DNA from: a virus | Lineage: Duplodnaviria; Heunggongvirae; Uroviricota; Caudoviricetes | Reading direction: 5' to 3' (one strand) | Virus record (IMG/VR): IMGVR_UViG_2778261277_000016 | Coordinates: 1 to 25,499 of that record | Length of the DNA: 25,499 nt | Shown here: positions 1 through 8,488 of the stretch, one piece after another | Numbering within the stretch: the stretch's first letter is position 1 | Layout: every line of letters begins with the position of its first letter | Program-made: the position numbers and the translations under genes | Notes under the pieces: model-generated | What the model was told of the DNA's origin: nothing | The model's database searches: none | Seen by the model: the letters and a program-made list of their open reading frames with translations, nothing else

Positions 1-141
1 TTACTGCTTACACTGTAAGAACGCCGCAAACTCCGCTCCCCAGAAGCTCATCCGTATTTCACACAGCGAACCGTGCAACATCCAGATGATGAGGATTGCC
101 GTCACGCAGAACGTGATGGCCGTAAGCGATTTTTGCGACAT
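1..141 (-). CDS. Hok/Gef-family type I toxin (small membrane peptide), 46 aa; below the length cutoff of the ORF track
   Basis: My translation of the reverse strand: MSQKSLTAITFCVTAILIIWMLHGSLCEIRMSFWGAEFAAFLQCKQ. Hydrophobic N-terminal helix followed by SLCEIR and EFAAF, which match the Hok-family signature (SLCEIR...EVAAF) as I remember it. AAGGAG lies about 8 nt upstream of the ATG. Stop codon is at positions 1-3. Confidence 0.55.
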   Translation of the reverse strand: MSQKSLTAITFCVTAILIIWMLHGSLCEIRMSFWGAEFAAFLQCKQ

Positions 142-271
142 AGCACTTGCTCCTTTTCCGGAGAGGCGCTAACCTTTCACTTGTCAAGGTAATGCGGTTA
201 GGGCCTCGGTTAAACAGAGATGTTTTCCGGGGCCTTTCCACATCTGGCCTTCGGGTATTCCCTCCGACCAT
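59..271 (-). CDS. mok-like overlapping reading frame (translational coupling frame for the hok-like toxin)
   Basis: 70-aa ORF in another frame that starts about 130 nt upstream of the hok-like ATG and overlaps most of it. This is the mok/hok architecture; plasmid R1 Mok is also about 70 aa from memory. No convincing SD before this ATG, so the true start is uncertain. Confidence 0.25.
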   Translation of the reverse strand: MVGGNTRRPDVERPRKTSLFNRGPNRITLTSERLAPLRKRSKCYVAKIAYGHHVLRDGNPHHLDVARFAV

Positions 272-331
272 CAGCCGAAAGGCACCCGCGCGTAATCTAT
301 CGCTTTTTTGTTACTCCGGCAATTCTGCCTG

Positions 332-592
332 TTAATTCTGAGGTAAAGGCAAGCTCATCTGATTGTTTCCCCTGTGTGAAGCTGGCAGCTCATGCCACGG
401 GATACCTTCTGAAGAGTGGATGCCGGAGGCGTGTTTCGATGTGAATTTATGGAAAGCTTCCAGTGTTGAGAAGCATACGCCGCATTCCAGGTTGTTACAC
501 TGGTAATACTTTTGCCGCACGGTGTTTGAATCATTTTCCGGACGACTGGTGCGGATACGGGCAGATGCGCCACAAAGCGGACAACGGAACAT
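332..592 (-). CDS. ogr: Ogr/Delta-family zinc-finger late transcription activator
   Basis: N-terminus MFRCPLCGASARIRTSR...YYQCNNLECGVCF has the C-x2-C...C-x4-C pattern and matches P2 Ogr (MFHCPLC...RTSR...YHQCQNVNC) from memory. Position after gene D fits P2 synteny. Confidence 0.8.
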   Translation of the reverse strand: MFRCPLCGASARIRTSRPENDSNTVRQKYYQCNNLECGVCFSTLEAFHKFTSKHASGIHSSEGIPWHELPASHRGNNQMSLPLPQN

Positions 593-696
593 AGCGACCT
601 CCCTTAACGTAGTGCTGTCGCTAGTTTAGGCTGAACTTGCTCAGACTCCAACTGATAGTTCGTTTTGTTTACTGATGCCGTAGAAAGGTCTCTTAG

Positions 697-725
697 CAAG
701 AATAACCCCAGTTTAACACTGGGGT
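697..725 (-). terminator. Rho-independent terminator downstream of the cargo gene
   Basis: Perfect 8-bp inverted repeat ACCCCAGT(705-712)/ACTGGGGT(718-725) with a 5-nt loop, about 17 nt after the stop at 742; on the - strand it is followed by a T-rich run (TTATTCTTGC). Confidence 0.45.
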
Positions 726-741
726 TGCTTGCAACAGAGCG

Positions 742-1407
742 TCAATTTTTAAGAGCACTGATACAGAAAAATTGCATGACATTTTTCTTTATTGATTTAA
801 ATAAGCTAAACATTGTGACAGGTTCAAAGCTAGTTAACTCGATGAATTCCTCTCTCATTTGAGAAAGTAACAGCTGACGTACTGATTCAATTTCTGCTGT
901 TTGTTTTCTCAAATATCTTGAGAAAACAAGTAGTTCATCAGCTGTTTTGTTTTGGCCATTTATAAACGTAACAGGTTGCCCTGGCTTAGATATGAGAAAA
1001 AATTGGTTAATTTTATCAAGTAATGGTGGAATTATTTTTTTCCATTCAGCCCATTCTTTTTCACGATGAAACTCCAGACTGTGCTGACATGTTCTTAGTT
1101 GCTGTCTATCAATCGCCCAGACCTCACTCTCATCGAGGCAATCTTTCCATTTGCTAATTACATTAATGTCAAATTTTTTGTTCGGTAGATAATTATCTTT
1201 GGCGTGCGCTTCCAGTATAGAGGCAAGAGTACCTGTATATTGCATCAAATTGGTAGATGCTCGGTTTACTAGCTCTGATATTCGATCTAGTTGAGTTGTT
1301 CTAATCTCAAGTGCTTTCTTTTTACGTTCATTTCGTAAAGCAAAATATGCAGCAAGGCAGACTGCAGCAACTGTGGCTGCTGGTGCGATAAAAATTTGCA
1401 TATTCAT
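742..1407 (-). CDS. Hypothetical membrane-anchored protein (AT-rich cargo gene between D and ogr), about 221 aa
   Basis: Long ORF in a visibly AT-rich stretch flanked by GC-rich phage genes. N-terminal hydrophobic helix IFIAPAATVAAVCLAAYFAL followed by a basic patch RNERKKK. AAGGA lies 8 nt before the ATG at 1405-1407; the ORF could extend to 1431. No homolog recognised. Confidence 0.6.
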   Translation of the reverse strand: MNMQIFIAPAATVAAVCLAAYFALRNERKKKALEIRTTQLDRISELVNRASTNLMQYTGTLASILEAHAKDNYLPNKKFDINVISKWKDCLDESEVWAIDRQQLRTCQHSLEFHREKEWAEWKKIIPPLLDKINQFFLISKPGQPVTFINGQNKTADELLVFSRYLRKQTAEIESVRQLLLSQMREEFIELTSFEPVTMFSLFKSIKKNVMQFFCISALKN

Positions 1408-1601
1408 AACATGGATCCTTTGACATGGCATTTATGGGGGCTATTTCAGCAGTAATCATTTGTGTGTAAATTTGTTTGCTACAAATTAACATATTCTAAT
1501 GTAAGGCTCTTCTGATTTTGACACCGGGTAGGCTGTCAGATTGGTTATGATTCTTGCTGTAAGCGCGTTAGCAAATGTCAGGGCTAATGCATCTAAGTTG
1601 T

Positions 1602-2711
1602 TTACTCTGTTTCTGCTATCCATTCCGGGATTTTGGCTTCAAGCTCAAGCTGCGTGGTAAAGCCACTGTTATCAATGGTGTGCTCGGCTTTTGCAATAAT
1701 CCAGTCCTGATTATCAATTTCGCTTTTAAATCCTGTTACCGTGCCATGCATTTCGGGGTAGAGTTCTGCGCGTCCACGTGCCAGTGTGATGGAGAACGCT
1801 GCGGCTCCGCGTTGTAGCTGCTGCCACTTTGCCGCCGCTGCGCGTCTTGCTGCCTGCTCGTTCTGATAAGTCTTGCGTAACACAAACACATTGCCTTCTG
1901 CGCCTTCCATATAATCACCTTCACGGCTGCTGCTTTTCTCCTTTTTGGGTTTTGGCGGTTTGCGGCGTTTCACGCTGACTTTTTTCTTTTTCCCGTAATT
2001 AAGATCAAGCCAGTAAGCGCGTACCCCCGTATACGCTTCGCGGTCAGCAATGCGGAACTGATGGCGATCGCCACTGCTGCGCGTGATGGCGAACGAGGGC
2101 AACGGCTGGCCCTGTGCGTTCACGCCACCGCCTGGCATGATGAATAACAGATTACCGCTTTTTACCGTGGTGATTGCGCCCAGCATTTCCGCCATGCGCG
2201 TAAGGAAGGACATGTCGCTTTCTTCGGTCTGGTCGGCGTGGTCGATTTCGATATCCATCAGCATTTCGCTGATTTGTGGTTTCAGACCATACCGATGAGC
2301 GATGGCGGATACCACACGCTCGAGGGTCACATCATGCCAGGACACCTCACGTTTAACGTTAAATTCATCCCGAAAATCTGCGCTTCTGGCTGAAACAGTC
2401 AGCCTGTCCGGCGGTCCTTCGTGAGCGATTTCATCAACAATGTAAGTGCCTTTTTCTGTCAGCGGTTCTCCTTTCCAGCCAATGAGAACCGTCAGGCGCG
2501 CGCCCCGTGGCGGTAGCTGCAACTGACCATCCGCATCATCCAGCGTGATGGTGAGCTGGTCCGCCTCAAATCCCCGGTTGTCGGTCAGTGACAGGCTCAT
2601 CAGGCGCTCTGCCACGCCTGACAGCGTTTTACCCTCCGCAAGAATATCAAAATCCGGCATTTTCACGGGGTCTGTGCCCTGACTGAGCAATTGCATGGTG
2701 GTATCGGTCAT
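1602..2711 (-). CDS. D: Phage tail protein D (P2 gpD family, late control gene D)
   Basis: 369-aa product; size, position before ogr and overall sequence fit P2 gpD. Start chosen at MTDTT because AGGGAGGG precedes it; the ORF track extends to 2732. Confidence 0.8.
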   Translation of the reverse strand: MTDTTMQLLSQGTDPVKMPDFDILAEGKTLSGVAERLMSLSLTDNRGFEADQLTITLDDADGQLQLPPRGARLTVLIGWKGEPLTEKGTYIVDEIAHEGPPDRLTVSARSADFRDEFNVKREVSWHDVTLERVVSAIAHRYGLKPQISEMLMDIEIDHADQTEESDMSFLTRMAEMLGAITTVKSGNLLFIMPGGGVNAQGQPLPSFAITRSSGDRHQFRIADREAYTGVRAYWLDLNYGKKKKVSVKRRKPPKPKKEKSSSREGDYMEGAEGNVFVLRKTYQNEQAARRAAAAKWQQLQRGAAAFSITLARGRAELYPEMHGTVTGFKSEIDNQDWIIAKAEHTIDNSGFTTQLELEAKIPEWIAETE

Positions 2712-2764
2712 CTTTCCCTCCCTGTGCGCCATGGTCGCATGTGCGTGCGGAGGGGGTTACTGCT

Positions 2765-2792
2765 TTTTGTTGTCGCCGTGGTGGGAGAACGG
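2765..2792 (+). promoter_or_regulatory. Candidate late-promoter activator box TTTTGTTGT-N12-AGAACGG upstream of FI
   Basis: TTTTGTTGT cgccgtggtggg AGAACGG, centred about 89 bp before the FI ATG. A near-identical box lies upstream of P (21938-21965). Resembles, but is not identical to, the P2 Ogr site TGT-N12-ACA. Confidence 0.3.
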
Positions 2793-2867
2793 CGCAGGGG
2801 TGAGATTACGCGCGTGGTGGGTGATGATTGTTGCCGAATCATTTAACGGATACAAGGGGCTGAAGCT

Positions 2868-4052
2868 ATGAGTGAAACTCGTTTTCATGGTGCCCGTGTC
2901 ACGGAAAGTACCGACCTGGTAACAGCGATTAATGATGTTGATTCCAGCGTTATCGGTATCGTGGCAACGGCGGATGATGCGGACGCGAAGCTGTTCCCGC
3001 TGAACAAGCCCACACTGCTGACCCGCGTCAATGACGTGCTGGGAAAATGCGGAACAACGGGGACGCTTTATCGTGCGCTTAAGGCCATCGCAGACCAGGT
3101 GAGCACAAAGGTGATCGTCGTTCGCGTGGCTGAACACAAAGAAGAAGACGGAAAGACGCAGGATCAACTGGTTATCGGTGGTTCTGAGGATGACGGCAGC
3201 TATACGGGGATGTATGCGCTGCTTGTTGCAGAGCAGGATGAAAGCATCGGATACCGTCCGCGTATTCTGGCCGCGCCGGAGCTGGACACGGAGGCGGTAA
3301 CAAAATCCCTGTGCGTGATTGCGGGTAAACTGCGCGCGTTTGTGTATGCCACATGTCATGGTTGTAACACGATGGCTGAGGCGATTGCCTACCGCCAGAA
3401 ATTCAACGAACGTGAGGTGATGCTCTTATGGCCTGACTTCATCGCCTACAACCCGAAAAGTGGCAAAAACGAAACGTTCCCCGCGCCTGCCTATGCGTGC
3501 GGCCTTCGTGCGTACATTGACCATGAGCAGGGCTGGCACAAATCATTGTCCAACGTTCCGGTTAAAAATGTGCTGGGGATGTCGAGGCATGTGTTCTGGT
3601 CGTTGCAGGCCGAAGACAGCGATGCCAACAGCCTCAACAACAAAGAAATCACGACCATTATTCGTCGCAACGGGTTCCGCTTCTGGGGCAACCGCACACC
3701 GGAAACGAACGCCTACATCTTTGAGGTGTATACCCGAACCGCACAGGTGCTGGCTGATTCAATTGCGGAAGCGCAGTTTGAAACCATCGACAGTCCACTG
3801 ACGCCTGCGAACGTGAAGGATGTTATCAGTGCCATCAGGGCAAAACTGGATTCACTGGTTACTGCCGGGAAACTGATTGGCGCGGAGTGCTGGTATGACG
3901 TGGTGGATAACAGCACCACGGATTTACGTCAGGGGCGTGTGCGTATTCGCTACAAATATACGCCCGTTCCGCCACTGGAAGACATGGAGCTTTACCAGAC
4001 GTTTACTGATGAATTCTTTGGTCCCGCATTTGCGGTGCTGGGAGGTGCCTGA
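2868..4052 (+). CDS. FI: Tail sheath protein (P2 gpFI family)
   Basis: 394 aa, close to P2 FI size as I recall it; AAGGGG RBS; followed by the tube gene with a TGATG overlap. Confidence 0.9.
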   Translation: MSETRFHGARVTESTDLVTAINDVDSSVIGIVATADDADAKLFPLNKPTLLTRVNDVLGKCGTTGTLYRALKAIADQVSTKVIVVRVAEHKEEDGKTQDQLVIGGSEDDGSYTGMYALLVAEQDESIGYRPRILAAPELDTEAVTKSLCVIAGKLRAFVYATCHGCNTMAEAIAYRQKFNEREVMLLWPDFIAYNPKSGKNETFPAPAYACGLRAYIDHEQGWHKSLSNVPVKNVLGMSRHVFWSLQAEDSDANSLNNKEITTIIRRNGFRFWGNRTPETNAYIFEVYTRTAQVLADSIAEAQFETIDSPLTPANVKDVISAIRAKLDSLVTAGKLIGAECWYDVVDNSTTDLRQGRVRIRYKYTPVPPLEDMELYQTFTDEFFGPAFAVLGGA

Positions 4053-4564
4053 TGGCTGTACCAAAACATCTTCGCTTTTTTACGCTGTTTGTGGATGGTG
4101 AAAACGAAGTGGGTAAGGTGACGTCCGTCACTCTGCCTAAGCTGACGCGCAAAACCGACAGCTACCGGGGTGGTGGCATGATGGGTGCGGTAAGTATTGA
4201 TCTCGGTCTGGACGACTCCGCGCTTGATGCGAGCTTTGTCATGGGGGGCGCAGTTCGTGAGCTGTTCCTTAAGTATGGCGGCACGATTGACGGCACGCTG
4301 CTGCGTTTTGCGGGTGAATACTACACCGATGCAGAAAGCGACCTGTATGAAGTCGAAATGCGCGGACGTGTGACGGAAATTGATATGGGGGAAGCCAAAC
4401 AGGGCGAAGCCACATCACACACTTACGCCATTAAAAACACCTACTACAAGCTGAGTGTTAACGATCGCCCGTTGTGGGAGATTGACCTGCTGAACTTCAT
4501 CTACCGGAAGGACGGCAAGGACATTGTGCCTGACCGTATCCGTTCCGCGCTTGGGCTTGGCTGA
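4052..4564 (+). CDS. FII: Tail tube protein (P2 gpFII family)
   Basis: 170 aa; GGAGGTG RBS; canonical position between sheath and the E/E' chaperone. Confidence 0.9.
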   Translation: MAVPKHLRFFTLFVDGENEVGKVTSVTLPKLTRKTDSYRGGGMMGAVSIDLGLDDSALDASFVMGGAVRELFLKYGGTIDGTLLRFAGEYYTDAESDLYEVEMRGRVTEIDMGEAKQGEATSHTYAIKNTYYKLSVNDRPLWEIDLLNFIYRKDGKDIVPDRIRSALGLG

Positions 4565-4618
4565 TAAGTAATATGCAGGCGGCGCAGTGCGTCGCCTCTG
4601 ACTGAAAGGAGTTTCCTG

Positions 4619-4984
4619 ATGAAAGAGACGAAAAACATCGATACCGAAAACACGGTAGTTACTGACACTGTGAAAGAAACCAGTGAGCGTGGCGTAAAAC
4701 TTACCCAACCAATTGAGCGAGGTGGCGAAAAAATCACGTATGTGGAGATCACCGGGGCTATTGAGCAGGCTGGATCTCTGCGAGATTTGTCGCTGTCTGA
4801 TGTGCTGAATCTGAAAGCGGAATCCATGTTTACGCTGCTGTCACGCGTGACATCACCGCGACTGGATGAAGTGACGATCAAAAAAATGGCATCCCGTGAC
4901 TTTATTCAGTTATGTGTGGTTGCCGTAAATTTTTTGAGCGGTGCGGACTCTGGCGGGAAGAACGAACAGGCGACGGAAGCCTGA
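4619..4984 (+). CDS. E: Tail assembly chaperone E (frame-0 product)
   Basis: 121-aa ORF with AAGGAG RBS directly upstream of the tape-measure gene; contains the slippery heptamer near its 3' end. Confidence 0.8.
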   Translation: MKETKNIDTENTVVTDTVKETSERGVKLTQPIERGGEKITYVEITGAIEQAGSLRDLSLSDVLNLKAESMFTLLSRVTSPRLDEVTIKKMASRDFIQLCVVAVNFLSGADSGGKNEQATEA

Positions 4985-5148
4985 TCACGGTTGTGTGCTT
5001 TGAGCACATAGAAGACTTTGTGGCGGATATTGCCGCCATTTTTAACTGGTCGCCCGCCGAAATCTTCATGATGACGCCCGGCGAAGTGGTTAGCTGGCGT
5101 GAGCGGGCGGCACTTCGCAGCGGGAATGCAGACAATGAAGACTCTTGA
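4619..5148 (+). CDS. E+E' fusion chaperone made by programmed -1 frameshift
   Basis: The -1 frame ORF (4912-5148) continues from the slippery T-TTT-TTG at 4930-4936. Frame arithmetic checked: E codons start at 4931 and 4934, the E' frame reads from 4930. This is the conserved P2 E/E' (lambda G/GT-like) arrangement. Confidence 0.6.
4930..4936 (+). other. Slippery heptamer TTTTTTG for the -1 ribosomal frameshift
   Basis: AAATTTTTTGAG at the point where the E frame and the -1 E' frame overlap. Confidence 0.6.
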
Positions 5149-7942
5149 TATCCGGGTCGCTTTCAGCGCCGTTGACAGGCTGACCCGGCCTGCCGAAAAC
5201 GCCCGCCGCCTGATGGGGCAGTTTGGTGACTCCATCCAGCGAACGCAGGGGGCGATCAAAAATCTCGAGCGTCAGGCGCGATCATTTGAGCGCGCCCGTG
5301 ACGCTGTCAGTAAAGCGGATGCGGGCATCGTGAAAGCACGACGCCAGCTTAACGCCCTTAATCAGTTACAACGCACGGGTACAGTGCTCAGCGAAAAACA
5401 ACAAAAGCTGATGCAGCAGTTAAGCACCCGGCTTGAACGCCTGAATGAATCGCGCACACGGGAAATTCAGAAAATGCGGGAGCTTGGCGGAGAGCTGAAA
5501 CGCCACGGCATTTCCCTGACAGGCAGCGATAACACCATCCAGCAGGCCATCAGACGCACCGAACAGTACAACAACCAGCTTGAACGCGAACGGCAGGCGC
5601 TTGCGCGTGTAACACGGGCGCGTGAGCGGTATTCGCGCGCGCAGGAAACAGCGGGAAAACTGAAAACAGGTGGTGCGCTGGCAATTGGTGCGGCAGCGGC
5701 GGGCGGCTATGCTGCCGGGCGTTTTTTGCAGCCTGCGATCGGGTTCGGCAAAGAGATGTCCCGCGTTCAGGCACTGACGCGAATCGACCAGAACAGCCCG
5801 CAGTTTAAGGCGCTGCGTGAGCAGGCGTTAAAACTTGGCTCTGAAACGCAGTTCACCGCAGGCGATGCCGCCAGTGGACAGGCATTTCTTGCAATGGCTG
5901 GCTTTACACCACAGGCCATTCAGGCTGCGCTCCCTGGCGTACTGAGCATGGCAACGGCTGGCGGTATGGACCTCGGTGAGACGGCGGATATTGGCTCAAA
6001 TATTCTGACGCAGTTCGGTCTTTCTGCTGACCAGATGGACCGGGTCGGCGACACACTCACCGCAGCGTTTACCCGTACCAACACTGACCTTCGCGCACTG
6101 GGTGAAACCATGAAATATGCAGGTCCGGTGGCGGGTAAGCTGGGAATATCGCTGGAGCAGGCCGCAGCGATGGCGGGCGTGCTGGCGAATATGGGTATCA
6201 GGGGGAGTGATGCTGGTACGGCAATGCGTGCCAGCCTGGCTCGTCTGGCATCACCGCCAAAGGCGGCAGCAGAGGCGCTGAAAGAGCTTGGCGTGTCTGT
6301 CTCGGATGCCGGGGGCAAAATGCGCCCGATGGAGGATGTGCTGGCTGACCTTTATAAAGCTACCCGCAAATACGGGGAAGTTGACCGGGTATCGTTCTTT
6401 AAGGACATTGCCGGAGAAGAGGCTTTCACATCATTTATGGCCCTCGTTGATGCGGCAGGTGACGGCTCCTTACCCAAACTGAGAAAAGAACTTGAAGGCG
6501 CGCGCGGTGAGGCTGAACGCACGGCAAAGGTTATGGCCAACAACCTTGACGGCGATCTGAAATCACTCAGCAGTGCATGGGAAGGGTTGCGCATCCGCAT
6601 TGCAGATCTGATTGACGGTCCGCTGCGTTCTGTCACGCAGTGGCTCACGCGTGTGGTATCAAAGGTGACGGCGCTGGCGCAGGCCCATCCCGCACTGACG
6701 CGCCAGCTACTGATTGCAGGCGGTGCACTGCTGGCAATGACTGCAACGGTTGGCTCGTTGTCGCTGGCTATTGGTGTGCTTGCTGGCCCGCTGGCAAAAC
6801 TGCGTCTTGGTTTTTCCCTCCTGACCGGATCAATGAATGCTGTCAGGGTTCTGCCAGCACTATGGGGAATGGTGACGGGTTCCGTTTCTTTACTGGGAGG
6901 CGCTATCGGGGCGTTGTTCAGTCCGGTTGGTCTTATCGTGGCTGCGCTTGCCGGAGCTGCCGTTCTTATCTGGAAATACTGGGATCCCATCAGGGCATTT
7001 TTTGCCTGGGTGTTCAGCGGGATTATGGAAAGGCTGACCCCGTTGCGCGAAACCTTTGAACGGTTTGGTCCTGTTTTTGACGCAATCGGGAGTGGGATCA
7101 GCCAGGTGTTTAACTGGTTTAAATCGCTGCTGTCACCGATGGAGTCCAGCAAGGAAACTCTGGATAAATGTACCAGTGCTGGCGAGATATTCGGTAACGT
7201 TCTTGGCGGTGCGTTACAACTTGTTCTGACACCTGCAAAAATGTTGCTGGATACGCTGGCGTGGATACTTGAAAAGCTTGGTGTGCTTCCGGATGAAGCG
7301 GAAAGGGCGCGCAAGAAAATCGAAGACGCACAGCGTGCGGCCATTCTTCAGGACAAGGTTGCCTTGCTTCAGGGGGACCTGGCGAAAATCAATCCGCCGA
7401 AGCCTGTGGAAAATGGCAATGGCACCGGAGGTGATAACCCCAAAGACAATAAACCGCTCACAGACAGCAATACCGGTACGCTGCGCAGACTCAGCAAAAT
7501 TGCTGATAACACAGGTAAGCTGGTTGAGGAGACGAAAAAACGCATTGGCCCCGGCGATATTGTCTTTAAAAACCTGCCCCGAGCACTTGCTGTTCGTGGG
7601 GAGTGGCAGGAGCGGAAGATTGCGCAGGTCAGTAAGCCTGCCCCCGCAATTAATATCACACCCGTGGTCCCGGCTCCGCTGCCTCCGGCGCTGGTCCCTG
7701 TTGTTGCGGCCAGCTCCCGCCCGGTGGCGGAGGCTATACGATCTCCAGTGGCATCAGTTCCTGTAACTTCCCGTAACCGGGAGCCTGTTGCCTCCGGATT
7801 TGGTGGTGAAATTCATGTTCATCTGCATAACGTTGTTACGCAGAATCCCCGCGAACTGGCGAAACTGGTCGGTGAAATGGTCAGGGCAGAAATGGAACGG
7901 CGCGCCCGTGCCGGGCGTGGCAGTTTTTACGATAAAGATTGA
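5126..7942 (+). CDS. T: Tail tape measure protein (P2 gpT family)
   Basis: Very long ORF (about 940 aa) with an N-terminal coiled-coil-like region, central Gly/Ala-rich hydrophobic segments and a Pro/Val-rich C-terminus, directly after E/E'. Start is uncertain: GTG 5099, ATG 5126 or ATG 5135. Confidence 0.85.
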   Translation: MQTMKTLDIRVAFSAVDRLTRPAENARRLMGQFGDSIQRTQGAIKNLERQARSFERARDAVSKADAGIVKARRQLNALNQLQRTGTVLSEKQQKLMQQLSTRLERLNESRTREIQKMRELGGELKRHGISLTGSDNTIQQAIRRTEQYNNQLERERQALARVTRARERYSRAQETAGKLKTGGALAIGAAAAGGYAAGRFLQPAIGFGKEMSRVQALTRIDQNSPQFKALREQALKLGSETQFTAGDAASGQAFLAMAGFTPQAIQAALPGVLSMATAGGMDLGETADIGSNILTQFGLSADQMDRVGDTLTAAFTRTNTDLRALGETMKYAGPVAGKLGISLEQAAAMAGVLANMGIRGSDAGTAMRASLARLASPPKAAAEALKELGVSVSDAGGKMRPMEDVLADLYKATRKYGEVDRVSFFKDIAGEEAFTSFMALVDAAGDGSLPKLRKELEGARGEAERTAKVMANNLDGDLKSLSSAWEGLRIRIADLIDGPLRSVTQWLTRVVSKVTALAQAHPALTRQLLIAGGALLAMTATVGSLSLAIGVLAGPLAKLRLGFSLLTGSMNAVRVLPALWGMVTGSVSLLGGAIGALFSPVGLIVAALAGAAVLIWKYWDPIRAFFAWVFSGIMERLTPLRETFERFGPVFDAIGSGISQVFNWFKSLLSPMESSKETLDKCTSAGEIFGNVLGGALQLVLTPAKMLLDTLAWILEKLGVLPDEAERARKKIEDAQRAAILQDKVALLQGDLAKINPPKPVENGNGTGGDNPKDNKPLTDSNTGTLRRLSKIADNTGKLVEETKKRIGPGDIVFKNLPRALAVRGEWQERKIAQVSKPAPAINITPVVPAPLPPALVPVVAASSRPVAEAIRSPVASVPVTSRNREPVASGFGGEIHVHLHNVVTQNPRELAKLVGEMVRAEMERRARAGRGSFYDKD

Positions 7943-7948
7943 GGAGTC

Positions 7949-8443
7949 ATGGCCATGATGATGATCTACGGCATGTTTGTTTTTGAGCTGCGCACGCTGC
8001 CGCATCAGCAGTTACAGCAAAACAAAAGCTGGCGGCATGTGAAAAATGAACGCGTTAACCGTTCAGCAAGCTGGCAGTATATCGGTGCAGGTGATGATCG
8101 CATCGTTCTTTCTGGTGTGCTTTATCCTGAAATTACAGGTGGCGAAGTGTCGCTGTCGCTGCTGACCACGCAGGCGTATACAGGACGACCCTGGCCTTTG
8201 ATTGATGGTGTCGGGCAGATTTACGGCATGTATGTCCTGACCGGAACGAATACGACCCGCTCCGAGTTTGATCGCTACGGTAAGGCGAAAAAGATAGAAT
8301 TTTCACTGACTCTTGAACGCTGTGATGAGGATTTGCGGGAGCGCCTGCAATCCTCATCGTTCAGTGATATGCTGTCCGGCTTCAAAGATAAGGTCACATC
8401 ATCCCTTAACAGCGCGGCCAGCTCCGTTAACGGGCTGTTTTGA
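7949..8443 (+). CDS. U: Tail protein U (P2 gpU family)
   Basis: 164 aa; motifs such as MYVLTGTN...KIEFSLTLERCDE resemble P2 gpU from memory. True start may be the ATG at 7955, which has better spacing from the GAGGAG RBS. Confidence 0.85.
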   Translation: MAMMMIYGMFVFELRTLPHQQLQQNKSWRHVKNERVNRSASWQYIGAGDDRIVLSGVLYPEITGGEVSLSLLTTQAYTGRPWPLIDGVGQIYGMYVLTGTNTTRSEFDRYGKAKKIEFSLTLERCDEDLRERLQSSSFSDMLSGFKDKVTSSLNSAASSVNGLF

Positions 8444-8450
8444 TTAACGC

Positions 8451-8488
8451 AAAACCGCTAATGGTCAGATTAGCGGTTTTCATTTTCC
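8451..8488. terminator. Bidirectional hairpin terminator between U and the invertase fragment
   Basis: Perfect 12-bp inverted repeat AAAACCGCTAAT(8451-8462)/ATTAGCGGTTTT(8469-8480) with a 6-nt loop, followed by CATTTTCC on +. Sits between convergent genes. Confidence 0.5.

Noticed and set aside
141-331. attR or tRNA integration target left of ogr
   Set aside because: No tRNA-like sequence or recognisable att core repeat; the integrase and attL are outside the window so there is nothing to compare against.
2733-2867. Exact P2 Ogr site TGT-N12-ACA
   Set aside because: Not present in the FI or P upstream regions; only the related TTTTGTTGT-N12-AGAAC box, reported at low confidence.
6352-7344. 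330-aa ORF on the - strand inside the tape-measure gene
   Set aside because: Antisense shadow ORF in a GC-rich coding region; the + strand frame is the tape measure with the canonical position.
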